Positions 37,692-51,920 of a stretch of 64,000 nt of DNA are shown in pieces. A program made the position numbers and the translations under genes. The DNA is taken from the NCBI GenBank assembly GCA_051294375.1, contig CM119266.1, positions 14,612,755 to 14,676,754 on the forward strand. Direction: 5' to 3'. How positions within the stretch are numbered: the first letter of the stretch is position 1; each line of letters starts with the position of its first letter. The DNA is from Paraspadella gotoi. Its lineage: Eukaryota; Animalia; Chaetognatha. The notes below the pieces were generated by a model. The model saw only the letters and a program-made list of their open reading frames with translations, was not told the DNA's origin and did not search any database.

Positions 37692-38031
37692 CCTCTCTCT
37701 CTTCTCTCTTCTCTATTTTCCTTCTCATCTCTCCCTTCGCATCGACATGCCATTTTTATGAGTCTAAAAGGGCGGCACGCGCCATAATCGCGCCGCTGGC
37801 CTTTACGTGCACCGAGCGCACGCGGGCGCCTCGTAACGCGTGCCGCATGCGAATGAGGCGCTTGGCCCAACCGGGGCGTCCGTTTTTAAAGAGCGGCCCA
37901 GACGAGGCCTTCGATCGAGACGGAAGATGTAGTTTTTACTCGAATCGTAAAATTCTTATCTCCGCACGTGAAAATACTTTTTTTTTACGGTTGCTTTCTT
38001 TCTCTTCCTCTCTCTCTCTGTCTCTCTCTCT

Positions 38032-38073
<42 letters not shown>

Positions 38074-41000
38074 TCTCTCTCTTACTCTCCTCTCTCTACT
38101 CTCTCTCTCTCAGTTTTTTTTAAACTAAAATCTATGATAGATAGATCTTTAGCAGAGTTTCGTTCGAGAGGCTGACATTCATTCTTTAGCGTTCCTGTCG
38201 CTCGTGTTTTCTTTTTCCTCGTTTCCTTTTTGTTTCTTTTTCTTTTCTGTTCTTTGTTGTTTAGTTCCTTTATTTCTTTTCTTTCTTTATTTCGTTCTTG
38301 TTTCTATGTTCCTCTTTCCTTCTACTCTCTTTGGTTATAAGCCCATTAATGCGTAAATTCAATGATAAGAATGTCCAATAGCGTAATGGATCTGCAGGAA
38401 TATCTCTCTGCTCTTCTCGCTCTCTCTCCTCCGCGCCTCACTTCTTCGCCTTTTTTTTTATTGAAGGGTACGTTTTGCAACGATTCGAGTTCGCCCCAAG
38501 GAGGGCGTTTCTACGCGCAACTTCCCTTGGACGCCCGCCGTTTATATTTATAACGAGAAGATGTCGATGCTTTCTTACAAGCGATTCACAACATCCTTGC
38601 TAGATGCGAAAACTGCACCGTGGTCTTTGTTGCGTAATGGCCGCCCAAGCTTCAGAGCTGATTTCGTGAAAAGCGAGCAATGCGGAGAAATAATGGGAGG
38701 GACTACAGTCCGGGTTTAAAAAGTTTAGAACAAAGCTTTTTGTAAGGGACGATGAAAGCTTCGCCCAGCTATAAGACGAAAAGACACAAATGTCAATAAC
38801 AAAAGACTGACATTAACGATTTAAACATATCATCAGCTTTTCCCTCTCTAGCCGCCGCCAGCGATCGAGGCCAAGTCTCCGCCCAAGAGGTTTTTTAAAA
38901 AACTTCACGCGCGCCGTGGTCACGTGATTCGAGATATAAATTTAAAGGCGGTCATTTCGTTTTTATACTTGGCGCGACTCGTGGAGATTGGAAACGGGAG
39001 CGAGAGGAAATTAAACTTAAATGTTCAAGCGAACGCGGATGATTTGAGGGAAGATATTCTCTCTCATCTCTCCTCTTCTTCTCTCGTCTCTTCTCTCTCT
39101 CTTCTCTCTCTCTTCTCTCTCCTCTCTCTCTTCTCTCTCTCTCTTCTCTCTCTCTCTCTCTCATTCCTATTTTCCCTCTCGACGACCAGGTCATTCAATC
39201 CCCGCCATACAAACCAGACAGGTAATAAGAAGACCACTTTCACGCAGACTCAGACTCAGAATTGAATAAATATGAAAAACACTTTTTCCTCTCCAATTTA
39301 TTTCATAGACCTTCGGTTGACATTTGGGAAGGCGGTGGCAATTAAGAGAAACCGCACGAAATTATTTCAAGCCGATCGGGAAAAACGACGCGGCGGCATT
39401 GTTTGCGGCATTTGTCGACGCGGTTTGCGGCATTTTGTCGGCGGGATTTTACGGCATTTTATCGGCGGTATTTCTAGGGGGGGCCCCCGGGCGCCCCCAT
39501 TTTTTTTCTTACTTTTTTTTCTTTACCTAGGAAATAACGTGGAATCAAATTGAATTCGTGATTTTTTAAATTCTAAAGATTAGCGAATATCTCTGAATCC
39601 GTCGTAGTTGTTTATGTTTTTCCTTGTGGTTCTGTTTTAGGTTTCATCCTTCTCCTCATTGGTTTTGATTTTTAATTACTGTCCCAGTTTTCAGTATTTA
39701 CAGGGTCCACTTCACCAGACGCCGCCTCCTTAACCCTCCTATTTTACAATTCTATTTTTATTTTAACAAAAATTAAAACGCGCAAACTTTTCTCAGGGAC
39801 TCCTGAACTACTCTTCCGTCAAATAGTAGTATAGTATTCACTCTCTTCCCGCCGTTTTTAAAATCCTTTGCGCCATCCCAATCCAGTATCACGACTCAAG
39901 TCGCCGATCGACTTGGCGCTCATTCCCCCCCCTTCTTTCTTATTGCGTCGTTCGCGGCGCCTTTTTTCTTGCGTCGTTTCCCCGTCACGGGCGTCGCCTT
40001 TCTCGGGCGCGCGCGATTCGCGACGATTAAAAATGGAAAACGGCGCCAAAAGTTTTATTGTTTGAGTGTAAGGCATTGTGTCATAAATTATCGCCGTTCG
40101 CTGGCAAATTGGGAATTTCGATGAGATGACGACGAGGGTCCGGCTGTGGGGGGGGGGCGGGTGAGGGGAATTGTATCGGAGTGCGCGGGAAAGACTGGAG
40201 GGGAGGGAATCTGTCGTGCGGCCCGGAGGTTACGGGTAGAAAAACGCAGAGCGGGATTGATTAGAAGAATTTCCTCCAATCATCTGTAACGCTTGATACA
40301 GATTCGCGAAATCGTCGGGAAATTGTGTCCGTTTCGATCATGTCCCTGGCTTTTTGTAACAATGACCAAGACATAACGATGACAATTAACAATGACACAG
40401 TGACAATGTGCGTTGGAGTTTCTTGAGCGGGACCTTCTCGTGGGCGCTAGTTATTTTTTTTTTTTCTATTCTCTCTTTTCAATCGTAACCAGGATTCGAG
40501 GGAGAACGTAAACAGGGAAACACGGTTCACGGTTTCGTCTTTTATGTTACTCCATCGTTTTGGTTCATCTTTCCGTCGCGCCTTTTGTTTTTATGTCGTC
40601 GTGTTCGTCGTTCAACCTCGTCTCAGTTTCACCGTAAATATAGATGACGTCATCCGCTTATCGCGAAAGATTAAACCGCTTCGCTGATTCGGGAAAAGCC
40701 GAAAGCGGGAACGGACATTCGGGCTCAGGACTTAATTTATCGTACGAAAGAAAAAAAACTATATTTGCCGTTGAACGTTGTGCAATTTTATTTTTCTTTT
40801 TCTTAAATGTTGTACATATTATAAATAATATTGTAGAAAAGTATAAAAAAGCCAAAGAGGAAAGATGAGGAAAAAAAACCTTTTATGCAAGATGATCTGA
40901 CAGGGTTCTGCTTAAGATAGATTGGTAATAATGTGACGTGACAAACAGAACAAAAACAGACTTGAAATACAGCACTATTTGCAACGACATATATGTAATA

Positions 41001-44000
41001 CCGGCACAAAAGGCATGATTGGGTGAAAGCGTGGGTTCCGGTTGATACGATCTCTTCGATGTCGGGTGTGAAGTTGCGAAGAATAAATATAACTAATGAT
41101 ACGTTTCATTTACAATTTATCAACATATGTCAAACTTCTTGTCTCCGCGACATTGAATGTTCGTTTGTTTTTTTTTTTTACTACCACTACGAAGGGTGGC
41201 GCGTTTTTATCGTTTCTTCGTCTTTTGTTTCGTGCGACAAAAAAACAATTTACATTTATTTTTTTTTTTAAATTTGAAACAAAATTTTGGCACACGTAAA
41301 TAAAAAGACACCACGAAAAGAAGCTTGATAGAAGTATTTGGTAAAACTTGATTTAACGATAGCACTTCCTTCGAAGATGTCCGGCACGTAACCTCAGAAC
41401 TGTGGACTCTTAACCCCAGGACGGGCCGTTGGGGAGTGCTCGACCAGGGGGTTTACCCACGAGCCCGAAACCCCCAGCCAGTCCTTCACCATGGACACCT
41501 CACCGAAAGGGCACCTGGGAATTTGTAGGCGGGAGAAATAGGGAGGGGAGGTGAGGTTCGGGGTGGTGAGTGAGGGGATAGCGGAGGAGGATTGGAGGTG
41601 AGGGAGGGAAAGATGGAAAATTGAGGAGGGAGAGAGTGTGATTCAGAGATGCATCGCCGATGGGATAGAAATGCATACGATGAGAATCGATTTATAGTAG
41701 AAGATTCATACAACCGGTTTAAGTTACTAAGTAAACCACCTTATAAAAAAAAACTAACCCAAATATTTCATTTTAACTTTTTTCGAAAATAAATATAAAT
41801 TATAATAATATAATTCTTATCTCTCGCTAATTTAATTGAATAGTATTTTATGGAAAAAAAACTATTTGCGTAATTAAATTTAGTTATCCATGGCATCAAT
41901 ATGAAGCAGTAATTTTTTCAAAAGTAATTACTCAGTTAAACTATTAATACTCAAACAGAATGTCCTAGAGGAAAAAAATTTTCAAGTATTTTTTAACCTC
42001 TTGTATTATAAGGTCCTGGAGTTGACTGGACCAATTTTTTTTAAAATTATACAATAATGATTCCTTTTTTCAAAAGTCCTTATCCCATTCTGAATTTAAA
42101 AAAAAAAAACATAAATACTATGCCTATGAATTAAGCGACTAAAAAGTATCTCGCGTTTTTGGTAATTAGATCTTTAAAATGGTTTTTTGAAGCGACTCAA
42201 CATAAAGCTCATTGAATGGCTTGGACCAATTTTCTTTTAACTTATACATTATATTTTTTATTTCAAAATCTAAATTTTATCAGTCATAATTTTTATAATA
42301 TGTGCCGAAAATGCAGCGTTACTTAATGTTTGAGAGTGTCCTATTTTTTGCACCAGAACTTACAATTTTGATCGCAAACGTTACTTGTCTTGCGTTTTTA
42401 ATTAGTCATCGGAAAATTCATTTGCAAAATGTGAAACGAAAGAAGCCAGCAATTGTTGTTCCCCGATGGATTCAATTTGTTACTTAACGACATCTTCGGC
42501 TTTTATAGTTTAATAAGTTTAAAACCAATTTGTTTTTGATCGCTTCGACTACAAATTAAAATTAATACTCTAATTAACCATTATAAGCATCTTCCACTGT
42601 TTGCTATTCTCAATGTCAGAAATTATTGAAAAAGTAACCCTGTGCTCAAATCAAGCATAAATTCATTAAATCATATAATTAAATTTTGAAGGGCCATTTC
42701 TCTTGGCCTTATAACATTCCTTACTTGTTCACAGTTGTGGTTGTTGGCCAAAACCCTCTTACTAAGAGTCTTAGCTTCATACTTACTTGTGCCAGTATTG
42801 TGTATTGAATTCCGCTTTACTCCTTGTTCTCACTAATTATATCAGTTTGTTATAATTCTTTTGATACATTTAATTTTTTATATTAATTTTCAATTTTACA
42901 ATTACATCTTGCTCTTCTAACTCTTCAATTAAAATTACAATTACATTTTTGGTTCTTAACCCTAGAAACATTTCAATAAATCTTCAACAATATTTCCCAT
43001 TGAATTCCTGACAATCTCAACCCAAAAACTCACCCCGGTTTGCCGCCATTCCATAAGTCCCGGGTTCATTGCCCATAAACATGATGTGCTTGGGCGTGCT
43101 GCAGAACTTCTTGAACGAAGCAGGAGTGGGGTTCGAACGCGTAGTCGACGGGGTTGTAGATGTGCGTGACGGTTGCGGCTGTATTTCCAAGTTTGCTTGG
43201 AGAATTGCAGAGACGCAGTTCCGTCTCCAGGAACTTGACGGTACGATTCGGAGGAGATGTCGACGTTGTCCAGCTTCCCGAGGTCCACGGTTTGAGGATG
43301 GCCGGTGCTTCCGCCGTCGACGCCGGATTCCCGCCGCTCGGCGTTCCTCCCGGAGTCGTCGTCGGCTTCTGACCCGTAGCGGCGCCCATGACGCCCGCGG
43401 CGCCCCCGTACCGGCGCCCCCCGAGCCCCGCTCGGCGAGACTTCGGTCAAGCGCGGCGAGGAGGACGACCCGAAGCCGCCGATGGCTGCCCGCCGCCGCC
43501 GCCGCTGGCGAAGGCTTCACCGCCGACGTTGCCCGACTTGGGGTGGTCGATGGCGGACGCGTTAGGACGCCAACGACGACAGCCGTGCGGTGCCGCCGCT
43601 GCCCACCGCGTTCATGTGATGCGGGGCGGCGGGCCAGCTCTAGGTGAAAACCGGCTTGCGGCGCGCGGCTGCAGGCGGCTAGGGCTGGCGGCGGCGGCGA
43701 CCCGAAGGAACGAAGTTGTCCTGAGGCGGCATGAAGGCCTGCGGCGGCTGCAGGGCCCGAGAGGCGCGAGGGTAGGTGCCGAGGGCGCGGCGGAGGCCCG
43801 ACCCTTGGGGTGGTGGTTGATTGGGGGCGTGGTGATGACTAGCGCGGAGTGTTAGAATGGGTTAGACGAGATCGTAGTAGGTTGCGCCCGCTGCGCGACG
43901 TCAACGTAAGTAAAGGATTCCGCCGCGGCCGCGCTTGCTTCAGAGGCGTAGCCCGGGTGTTCGCGGCGGCGGCGGCTGCGCGTGCGAAAAAAGTTCTCGC

Positions 44001-44951
44001 GGCGCGGCCGCGGAGCTCTGGTTTGCAAGCGGGCGGCGTACATGACGCCTCGACGAAGAACGGCGGTAAAAGAGTTGAAGGGATTTCTGCGGCGACGGGG
44101 AGATGGAGATCCGGCGAAGTTGGCCGTGTGCGGCCGGAGGCGGCGGCGGCGGCCAAGGCGTTGTTACACGTTGTTCTTGAGGCCTGAGAGGTGAGGAGGA
44201 AAGGAGGCGGCGAAGGGAAGAGGAAGAGGGGGCAACAGAGTTGAGGCTTTGGAGAGAGGACGTCAACGACGGACGAAGACGACGTCGTTTTCGCTGACGA
44301 GAATCGTCTCGTCGGCGGGCGTCGTCGTTTTTGGAGACGTCGGAGGCGGCTTGGGTTGGAGTCAGGAGGGGTGTGGGGGTTGGTGGAAGAATTAAGGTGG
44401 AAGAGATATGGAGAGAAAAAAGGGACACGTTTGGGTTGTGTTACGAAATGTTATTAATAAAATTTAAAAAGTACGGCTGAGGAAGAGTGAGAAAACGGAA
44501 AGCATTAATGATCCACTAGAATTGTGTGTGAAAAAAAAAATCCTTTTCAATTACTCTCTTGATTTACAGTAGCTCAAATGCTTCTACTACAATGCTACTA
44601 CAGTTTTCCTATCAACGCTTTTTTCTACACTCTCATCACATTCCTCGAAAAACTCACCGCTGATGCTGAACGGCGACTGATTCCTCCGGTCGACGAGGAA
44701 TGACCCGGACTAGAAATCCTAGCGCTGCCGCCGCCGGGTGCTGCCGCCGCCCGCGCGATCGCAGCGGATCCGCAGGGTGTGGGCGTGACGCCGCCTCCGG
44801 AAGTGACGACGGCTTGACCGAGGAACGAGGCGGCGAAGCCGAGCCATTCTCCGTGCCAGAGTCGCTTGGCGAGGGATTGGTAGTCTCGCAGCGGTGCGCG
44901 TTCGCCGACACCGTCGCGCACGAACCGAGGCGGCGGACGTCGTGTCGGATC
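34578..44951 (-). pseudogene. SMUG1: Frameshifted third copy of SMUG1, matching copy 2 (probable artefact)
   Basis: Same indels and same ORF translations as copy 2 at offset +12295, up to ~44924. Confidence 0.75.
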
Positions 44952-45365
44952 CTGATTGGGAGGGTAGTGGGAAAGAGTAAGGTAAATGGTAAGGTACTTT
45001 AACATGAACCAGAATGATAGTTCCTTTCACGGACGCTTTCTTTTAATTTAAAATTTTGATTAAAATTACAACAATCAGATTCGCCATCTCTCAGAAATTC
45101 AAAAATTTCGCACTTGAAAGATTCGTTGAAAGAAAAATGAACCAACGAACGTAGGAAAACTGGGCTCAATATTCTACTATTAATAAATTTTAAGTCTCTT
45201 CACTCACTCGTGAAAAAATATTAAAAGAAACTTGTCATTTAATGCTAAGCAATAAGTTTCGACGCGGGAGATATTTTTATGACCCCGTTACTAAAAAAAA
45301 TTAAAAAGAAATAAATGAAAATGTTGAGAGAATATGGAGANNNNNNNNNNNNNNNNNNNNNNNNN

Positions 45366-45398
<33 letters not shown>

Positions 45399-46169
45399 TT
45401 CCCTTTTCCTATCTCGCAATAAAATGACGGGACCTAAAATATTCAGAAATTCTAGATGGAATGATTTCTATCATCTCGTAAAAATGAAGCGTAGAACCTG
45501 ATATAATCGCTGAGCGGAAAGAATTTATCTCTATATTTTTTATTTAATATCTTTTTTTTTCTCTGAGAATTAAATTTTTAAGGACCAGCTCGAATTTTTT
45601 TTTCAGTTTAAGAAAAAAGTACTGGGTCTTTGAGGGCGCCGACTACAGAGTTTTTTTTTTGACTTTTAAACAGCAAAGAGTGAAAAATATGAATAAGATT
45701 ATAAATGTGAGGCATAAAGAAAGAATAAGCTAAAAGGGAGAAAGAAAGAATGAAGGAAATGATGAAGAAAGGAAAAAAGGAGAAAAAAAAAGAAAAGAAA
45801 AGGAAAAAAAGAGAAAGGAACGCAAGGAGTACTATGTGCAAAATGTGAGTTCTCGAATTTCCATAATTTCGTATTTTCGTTTCTTTCTCCCGCCCGCTCC
45901 CGGCTCCCTATTGTACCAAAGGCAGAGCGATAAGCGTTTTTCTTCTGTTTATGCTAGAGCTGTATATTGAAGGCCTGAAGCCCGTTTTAGCTACGAGGCT
46001 CACACTGATCGTTATATGACTTTCCTGCTTGTAATAACTACGCAGTCTAGACATTATTCGAAGCATGACGGTCTCGCAGATATAATGACTACCATGCTTC
46101 ATGAGAAAATCTCCGAATTCGCTTAGACGTACTCGCACAGGTGCGAGTTTTACTACATCGAGAGATATT

Positions 46170-48113
46170 CAAGATGCATCAGGCTATTAGGGTATGTTGC
46201 TATACCAGGTTAGCAACCGCTTAAGACTTACGTACGCCTCTAAAAGTATCGCTCCAACCCGCCAACTCGCATACAATTGTTATCACGCAAACTCCCCAAC
46301 TCAACACGCACTATCTCCTCACGTCCGCTCCAACACGCTCGCTCCCCTTCGTCCGCTCCAATACGCATGCGCGGACGCGACCTTCGCTCGCTCGCGGATC
46401 CTGGCGTTTTCTCTTCAAGGCGCTGATGTCTTCTACTAATGCGTTTGTAATGTCGTACCAAGAAAAAACACGGGCAGAATGAGGGGGGGGGCGGGGTGCT
46501 AAACGAAACCGGGAATGGGGGGCAGCGATAATGGCGGAGCCGAGACGGGAGGAGGGGAATGTTGAGGTTTTTTTCTTCAACGTCCCAGGCCATCTCGTCT
46601 TATCGCAGAGGTAAGATGGTTTGGCGAGGACGAGGAATGGTTTGCCAGAGAACCCGGAGACCCGGACGAATTTGTGAGGTTTTTTTTTTTGGTGGGGGGT
46701 GGAAGGCGAAAAAAACTTGCATTTTACTACTCGACGACGAGCTAAAATATAATTTTTATTATCGTTACGAAAAAAATTTTCATTTTCTCGCTTTTATTTT
46801 ACAGAGTAATTCTGTTTCTAACGTATGACAGTATATAGATTGTAGACTCTAGAAAAATTAAAATTTTTTGCTTCCTAATATTTTCATAAACTCGGAAAAG
46901 GTGAGTTAAAATGGGATGAGATTGAAAAACTAGGACGAAAACTAACCAAGTAAAAAAAAGTGTTTTGAGTTCAACTTCTAATTCTTTAGAGATTGACAAA
47001 GTTTTTTATATTTTTTATATCAATAAAATTCGTTGCAAACTAAAAACTTTGTCAATCGCGAAACTTTTCAATAATTAATACAATATGATTTCTAATTCAA
47101 AATAAAGAGAGGATAGTTTAACTAACATCAAGATGCACTCAATGATTGCATCAGGCGTATTAGGTATGGGTTGCTATAACCAGTTAGCAACCGCTTAAGC
47201 CCTACATACGCCTCCTAAAAGTATCGCTCCAACCCGCAACTCGCATACAATTGTTATCACGCAAACTCCCCAACTCACACGCACTATCTCCTCACGTCCG
47301 CTCCAACACGCTTCGCTCCCCTTCGTTCGCGCTCCAAACCATGCGCGGAACGCGACCCTCGCTCGCCGCGGAATCCTGGCGTTTTCTTTCCTTCTTCAAG
47401 GCGCTGATGTCTTCTACTAATGCGTTTGTAATGTCGTACGCAAGAAAACAGGGCAGAATGAAGGGGCGAGCGGGGCGGGGGGTGGTACAACGAAACCGGG
47501 GAATGGGGGGCACGATAATGGCGGCCGGGCCGAGACCGGGAGGGAGGGGAATGGGTGAGGTTTCTTTTTTCCTTCACGTCCCAGGCATCTCTCGTCTTCG
47601 TCGGCAGAGGTAAGATGGTTGGCGAAAGGGACGAGCGAATGGTTTGCCCAGAGTCCCGGAGACCCGGACGAATTTGTGAGGTTTTTTTTTTTGGGTGGGG
47701 GTGGAAGCGAAAAAAAACTTGCATTTTACTACTCGACGACGAGCTAAAATATAATTTTTTATTATGTTACGGAAAAAATTTTCATTTCTTCGCTTTTATT
47801 TTAACAGAGTAATTCTGTGTTCTAACGTATGACCAGTATAATAGATTGTAGACTCTTAGAAAATTAAAAATTTTTTGCTTCCTAATATTGTTTCATAAAC
47901 TCGGAAAGGTGAGTTAAATGGGATGGAGATTGAAAAACTAGGAGAAAACTAACCAAGTAAAAAAAAGTGTTTTGAGTTTCAACTTCTAATTCTTGTAGAG
48001 ATTGAAAAAGTTTTTTATATTTTTTTATCAATTAAATTCGTTGCAAACTTAAAACTTTGTCAATCGCGGAAACTTTTCAATAATTAATACAATATGATTT
48101 CTATTCAAAATAT
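46170..48113. repeat. ~0.95 kb tandem duplication (~46170-47103 vs ~47148-48113), indel-rich
   Basis: Both units run from ..GCATCAGGC(G)TATTAGG.. to ..CAATATGATTTCTA(A)TTCAAAAT. Confidence 0.85.
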
Positions 48114-48238
48114 GACGACGCGAACGGTTTGAAAAGGGGAACAGCTACAAGTAACAAACCAAAGTTATTTTTAGGAAGAATAGAAGAAAAGTTTTACAAT
48201 ATCTTCGTTAGATGTAGAGAGAGAAAGAGAGAAAGAGG

Positions 48239-48293
<55 letters not shown>

Positions 48294-48295
48294 AC

Positions 48296-48326
<31 letters not shown>

Positions 48327-50715
48327 AGAAGAAGATTAAGCGGGATGATAAAAAAAGAAAACAAGAAAGGAACTCGTCCGGATTTCACTTCCAACGCGGA
48401 AACGCGAGATTTAGCTCCTGGAAGTAAAAAAGGGATGCAAAAAAAAAAAAAAAGGTTTGCTCTTACACGGCGTTCGTTTTTATGCCGCTAATGGTCTCTC
48501 CTGTCGGGAGCGCGGTCATTTTTTGTCAGACGCTTTGGCACTCGGCCCGCGAAGGAATGAATCAAAGATTCAAGTAGGTAGAGAGATGCGCTCTTGTATA
48601 TATGTATTGTTTTTATGATATGTACCGCCATCTTTTTGTAGCGATTTTTACGAAGAAAGTTTTGGGAAATATCTGTCTTATTCTTTCGTTTTTTTTTCTT
48701 TCTGTCGTTTCAACGCTTTTCTCCCTTTCAACTCTTTTAATTTAATGAATTTCTTTCGTTTGCTCCTCTCCTCTCTCTCTTCTCTTTCTTTCTTTCTTGT
48801 CTTCTTTCTTCTTTGCTTTCTTTCTTGTCTTTCTTTTTCTTCTCTTCTTCTCTTTTCTTTCTTATTTCTTTCTTTCTTTCTCTTCTTCTCGTCTCTCTCT
48901 CTCATTTCTCTCTCTCCTCAATCTCTCTCTCAACACACACACGAGTCAATTCCCCATTTTTTTTCACACCTCTTTTTTTTTTTGCATTTGTCACTCCGGC
49001 AATTTTTTTTCCCTCAGCGAGAAAAAACAAATCATGAAAAGAAGAGACAGTCGTCCGTCCGTCGTCGATGTCATTTTTTCGGGGTTTTTATCTTTTTTTG
49101 CCCTTTTCATTCTTCTTATTTCTTCTTTTTGTCTTTTGTTTTTATCACCTTTGTACCCAGGGACTTTTTCCAAGCGGTCGGTCGCCGCCTCCAGGGGCGA
49201 AGCGACACGAGACGACGACCCGCTCAGCGAGAATAGGGGGGGAAGAGAGAAGGGGGGGAGGGGGGAGGGAAGGAGGAGGGAGGCAGAGGATAAAAAGATT
49301 AGAAGAAAAGAACGGTATTCGGGGGGGGGGGAAACAAAGGAAGAATTACTGAGAACAGGAAAATCTAAGAAAAGAAAGAACGGGGAAAGAAATGAAAGAA
49401 AAAAAAAATTTATCAATATACACAAAGTAGAAAGTTTCGTGGTCTTTTTTCCTCTTCGTCGTCATCAATCTTCAGCCGCGAACATGCGAAGATGAACGTG
49501 CACGACGTCCGAGGAGCGTCCTCTAGGGGACGCTTTGACTCTTCCCACGTCGCCCTCTGGCGTCTAACTGCCCTCGCCGCCCCTCGTCCTCCGGAGGCCC
49601 AGAGATGCCCCGTGGCGCTGCTCGCACCCCATTCCAAGACGCCGTAGATGTCCCCTTGGCGATTTAAGCGGTCCGCGGCGCGTCTCTAATTACCGACGCC
49701 TCTCCTTTCGCCGTCGATCATGGGGGCGCCGTGTTTACTCGCCAGTTTTGAACAACGCTGGAACTGACGCCTGACGGCGCAGGGGCCGGCGCCGCCGCCC
49801 ACGACCTCCCCGAAACCCGCTTTCCCCTCTTCTTAACCGCATTTGTAGGCCGCCGTCCAAATCTGTCCGCCGCTTTCTCTCGGATCGTCAACTCTGTGGC
49901 CCCGCCGTTGACTTCTCGCCAATTACACCGTCGGTTGGCGACACCGTGGTCCAAAGAAAAAGGCCTTCCTTCTGTAAAAGGGAGACCACGGTGAATATAA
50001 GTTGAGCCGGTTGGGCGGGGTTTGGGATTCGTACTCGCCCGCATGGATCGTTCCTTACCAGTGTCGCTCTTTCGTCGTCTGGCTCCTCTAGGCCAGTGGG
50101 TCTGCTTCTTCATTAAGGCCAACTTGTTCTTTCTCCTTCCCTTTTTTTTTCTTTTTTTTTTTTCGCTACTAGCACCTTTCTTTTTATTTTTTCATTATTT
50201 CATTTTTTTCATCTTTCGCTCCGCAGCTTCTTTCTTCCACTGCTCGTTCTTTTTTCCCTTTTTTCCTCTACTTCTTCCTTCTCTTCTTTTCTTTTTCTTA
50301 AATTTCTCCAATCATTCGAAAACGAACAAATAGAAAAATAAAGATAACTAGGCGAAGACGTCCTCGTAAAAATAACGTCCGATCTTACGGACGCTCTCGA
50401 TCTCTTCGCACCAATCAAACATCGCTCTCGCACACGCACGTGTACTACAGAAGAAAAAAAAGAAAGCGAGAGCGCTCCGCGCCGAGAGAGCGAGATCGGC
50501 CGCTCGTTTTCTTGTCTTAAATTTTCATGGAGGCATTTTTAATTTTCCTTCCCGTCCTTGTGCTGACGGAGTAAAGGAGCGAAACCAGGGGGGCGGGCGG
50601 ATGGGGGGGGCGGAGTGAAGATGGGAGTAGGGCAGTGTGGGTTGGTAGATTGGAGGGGGAAAAAGGGCTGGGGGGGGGGAACTGGAGCGGCCTTCGGGAC
50701 TTCCTTCTCAAAGAC

Positions 50716-50764
50716 CTGATATCCCTGATTCTCGGGTCATATCCAGCATCATAAAACGGCTCAT
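50716..50764 (-). CDS. Candidate first coding exon of SMUG1 (MSRFMMLDMTRESGIS)
   Basis: ATG at 50764. A phase-1 donor (TCAG|GTCTTT) joins the orphan phase-1 acceptor at 44951/32690 to read ..GISG|SDTTSAAS.. The donor is weak, so this is speculative. Confidence 0.25.
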
Positions 50765-51867
50765 TAGTTCGCGGGAGGAGGAGCGGAGCGGAGGGGAAGT
50801 GACGTGAGAGAGGGGGGGTGGAGTGGGATGTGAAGGGGGCAGGTGTTGAGGGATCTGGAAGGGGTCCCGGGGGCCAGGGGTGAAATGAATTTGCTCGAGC
50901 CCAGACAGGAGAGTTGAAATTAAAAGGCCTATGTGGTGAGAAGTTATGGGAGAGACGTGTTTCAAAAGATTGTAGAAACCAATAAACTAGATGTTCAGCT
51001 ACAGGTTTTGTGGGAATGGGATCCTGTTACTGTAAATGTTTACGTTTGACGAAACTCTATAGACTCAATATCTTGGATAGAAATGTGAACGAATAAGTGA
51101 ACTATGTATATCATTTATCGTCCGATATTTGTTGTCCGATCTCGGTTGTTGTTCTTAAGATTAAATGGGGAACATTCGTACATGTTCTCGTTTGTTCACG
51201 TTCATCGAAAGAATTATTTTCATTTTAACTACAAGCGAAAAGACCGACCTAAGGAAACTTAAATAAAAATGTATTGTTCGTTAGTTTTTATCAATATCAT
51301 TCTACGTATCAATTGACATTAACGGGTAATAATTTACGCAGTACTACGTTCCAACATTTCTTACAAATCTATGTCAATTTCACACTAAAATTTGTTTTGT
51401 TCTTTTTCTTCTTTTAACTTTCCTCTCTTTTTTTCCTTTATCCTTCCACCTGATTCTATTACCTTTCTCGTCATAATTCTTTTACTTTTCTTCCTTCTTT
51501 CCTCCCTCAACCCCCCCTGCCGCCCCCTCTCACGCCCAACAACCTCCGCGAAAGAAGATCCGAAATCGATCCATCGGATCTGGGAATACGTAAACAACTG
51601 GGAGAATGGAGGAGGGGGAAGAGAAGAGGAGGTGAGTGTTGCAAAGAGGTGAAAGGAGTGCAAGAGGTGGGAAAAAAAACAAACAGAAAAGAAGGAAAAC
51701 AATGTGATGCCAAATCAAAGTAAATGTTTGAGCTTTAGATTATTCGATAGGACCAGGATTTTATTATTAGGGCTGTATTAAACAAGGTAGGATTTAAGTT
51801 TTGTGAGAAGAGATTAAAGGGAAGAAGAAAGGGATAAAGGAATGTAATGGAGTGAGAAAAGTGGGAT

Positions 51868-51920
<53 letters not shown>

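Larger units (their letters stand above)
9679..45331. repeat. Three tandem copies of the SMUG1 block: copy 1 ~9679-20780, copy 2 20781-33075, copy 3 33076-~45331
   Basis: Each unit starts with TAAATCGTTG..TTTATACAGCATAAAAAA. The ORF tracks of copies 2 and 3 match at an offset of 12,295 bp. Copies 2 and 3 carry dense 1-bp indels relative to copy 1. Confidence 0.95.

Noticed and set aside
22283-44951. SMUG1 gene-family expansion or programmed frameshifting
   Set aside because: The indel pattern and the identity of copies 2 and 3 point to uncorrected long-read sequence.
45908-46165. Compositionally even, foreign-looking stretch with a 76-aa ORF
   Set aside because: No recognisable motif, and it sits at the edge of a noisy duplicated segment. 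It cannot be distinguished from read junk without a search.
49413-50122. GC-rich region with short ORFs on both strands
   Set aside because: No recognisable domain and no consistent splice structure found.
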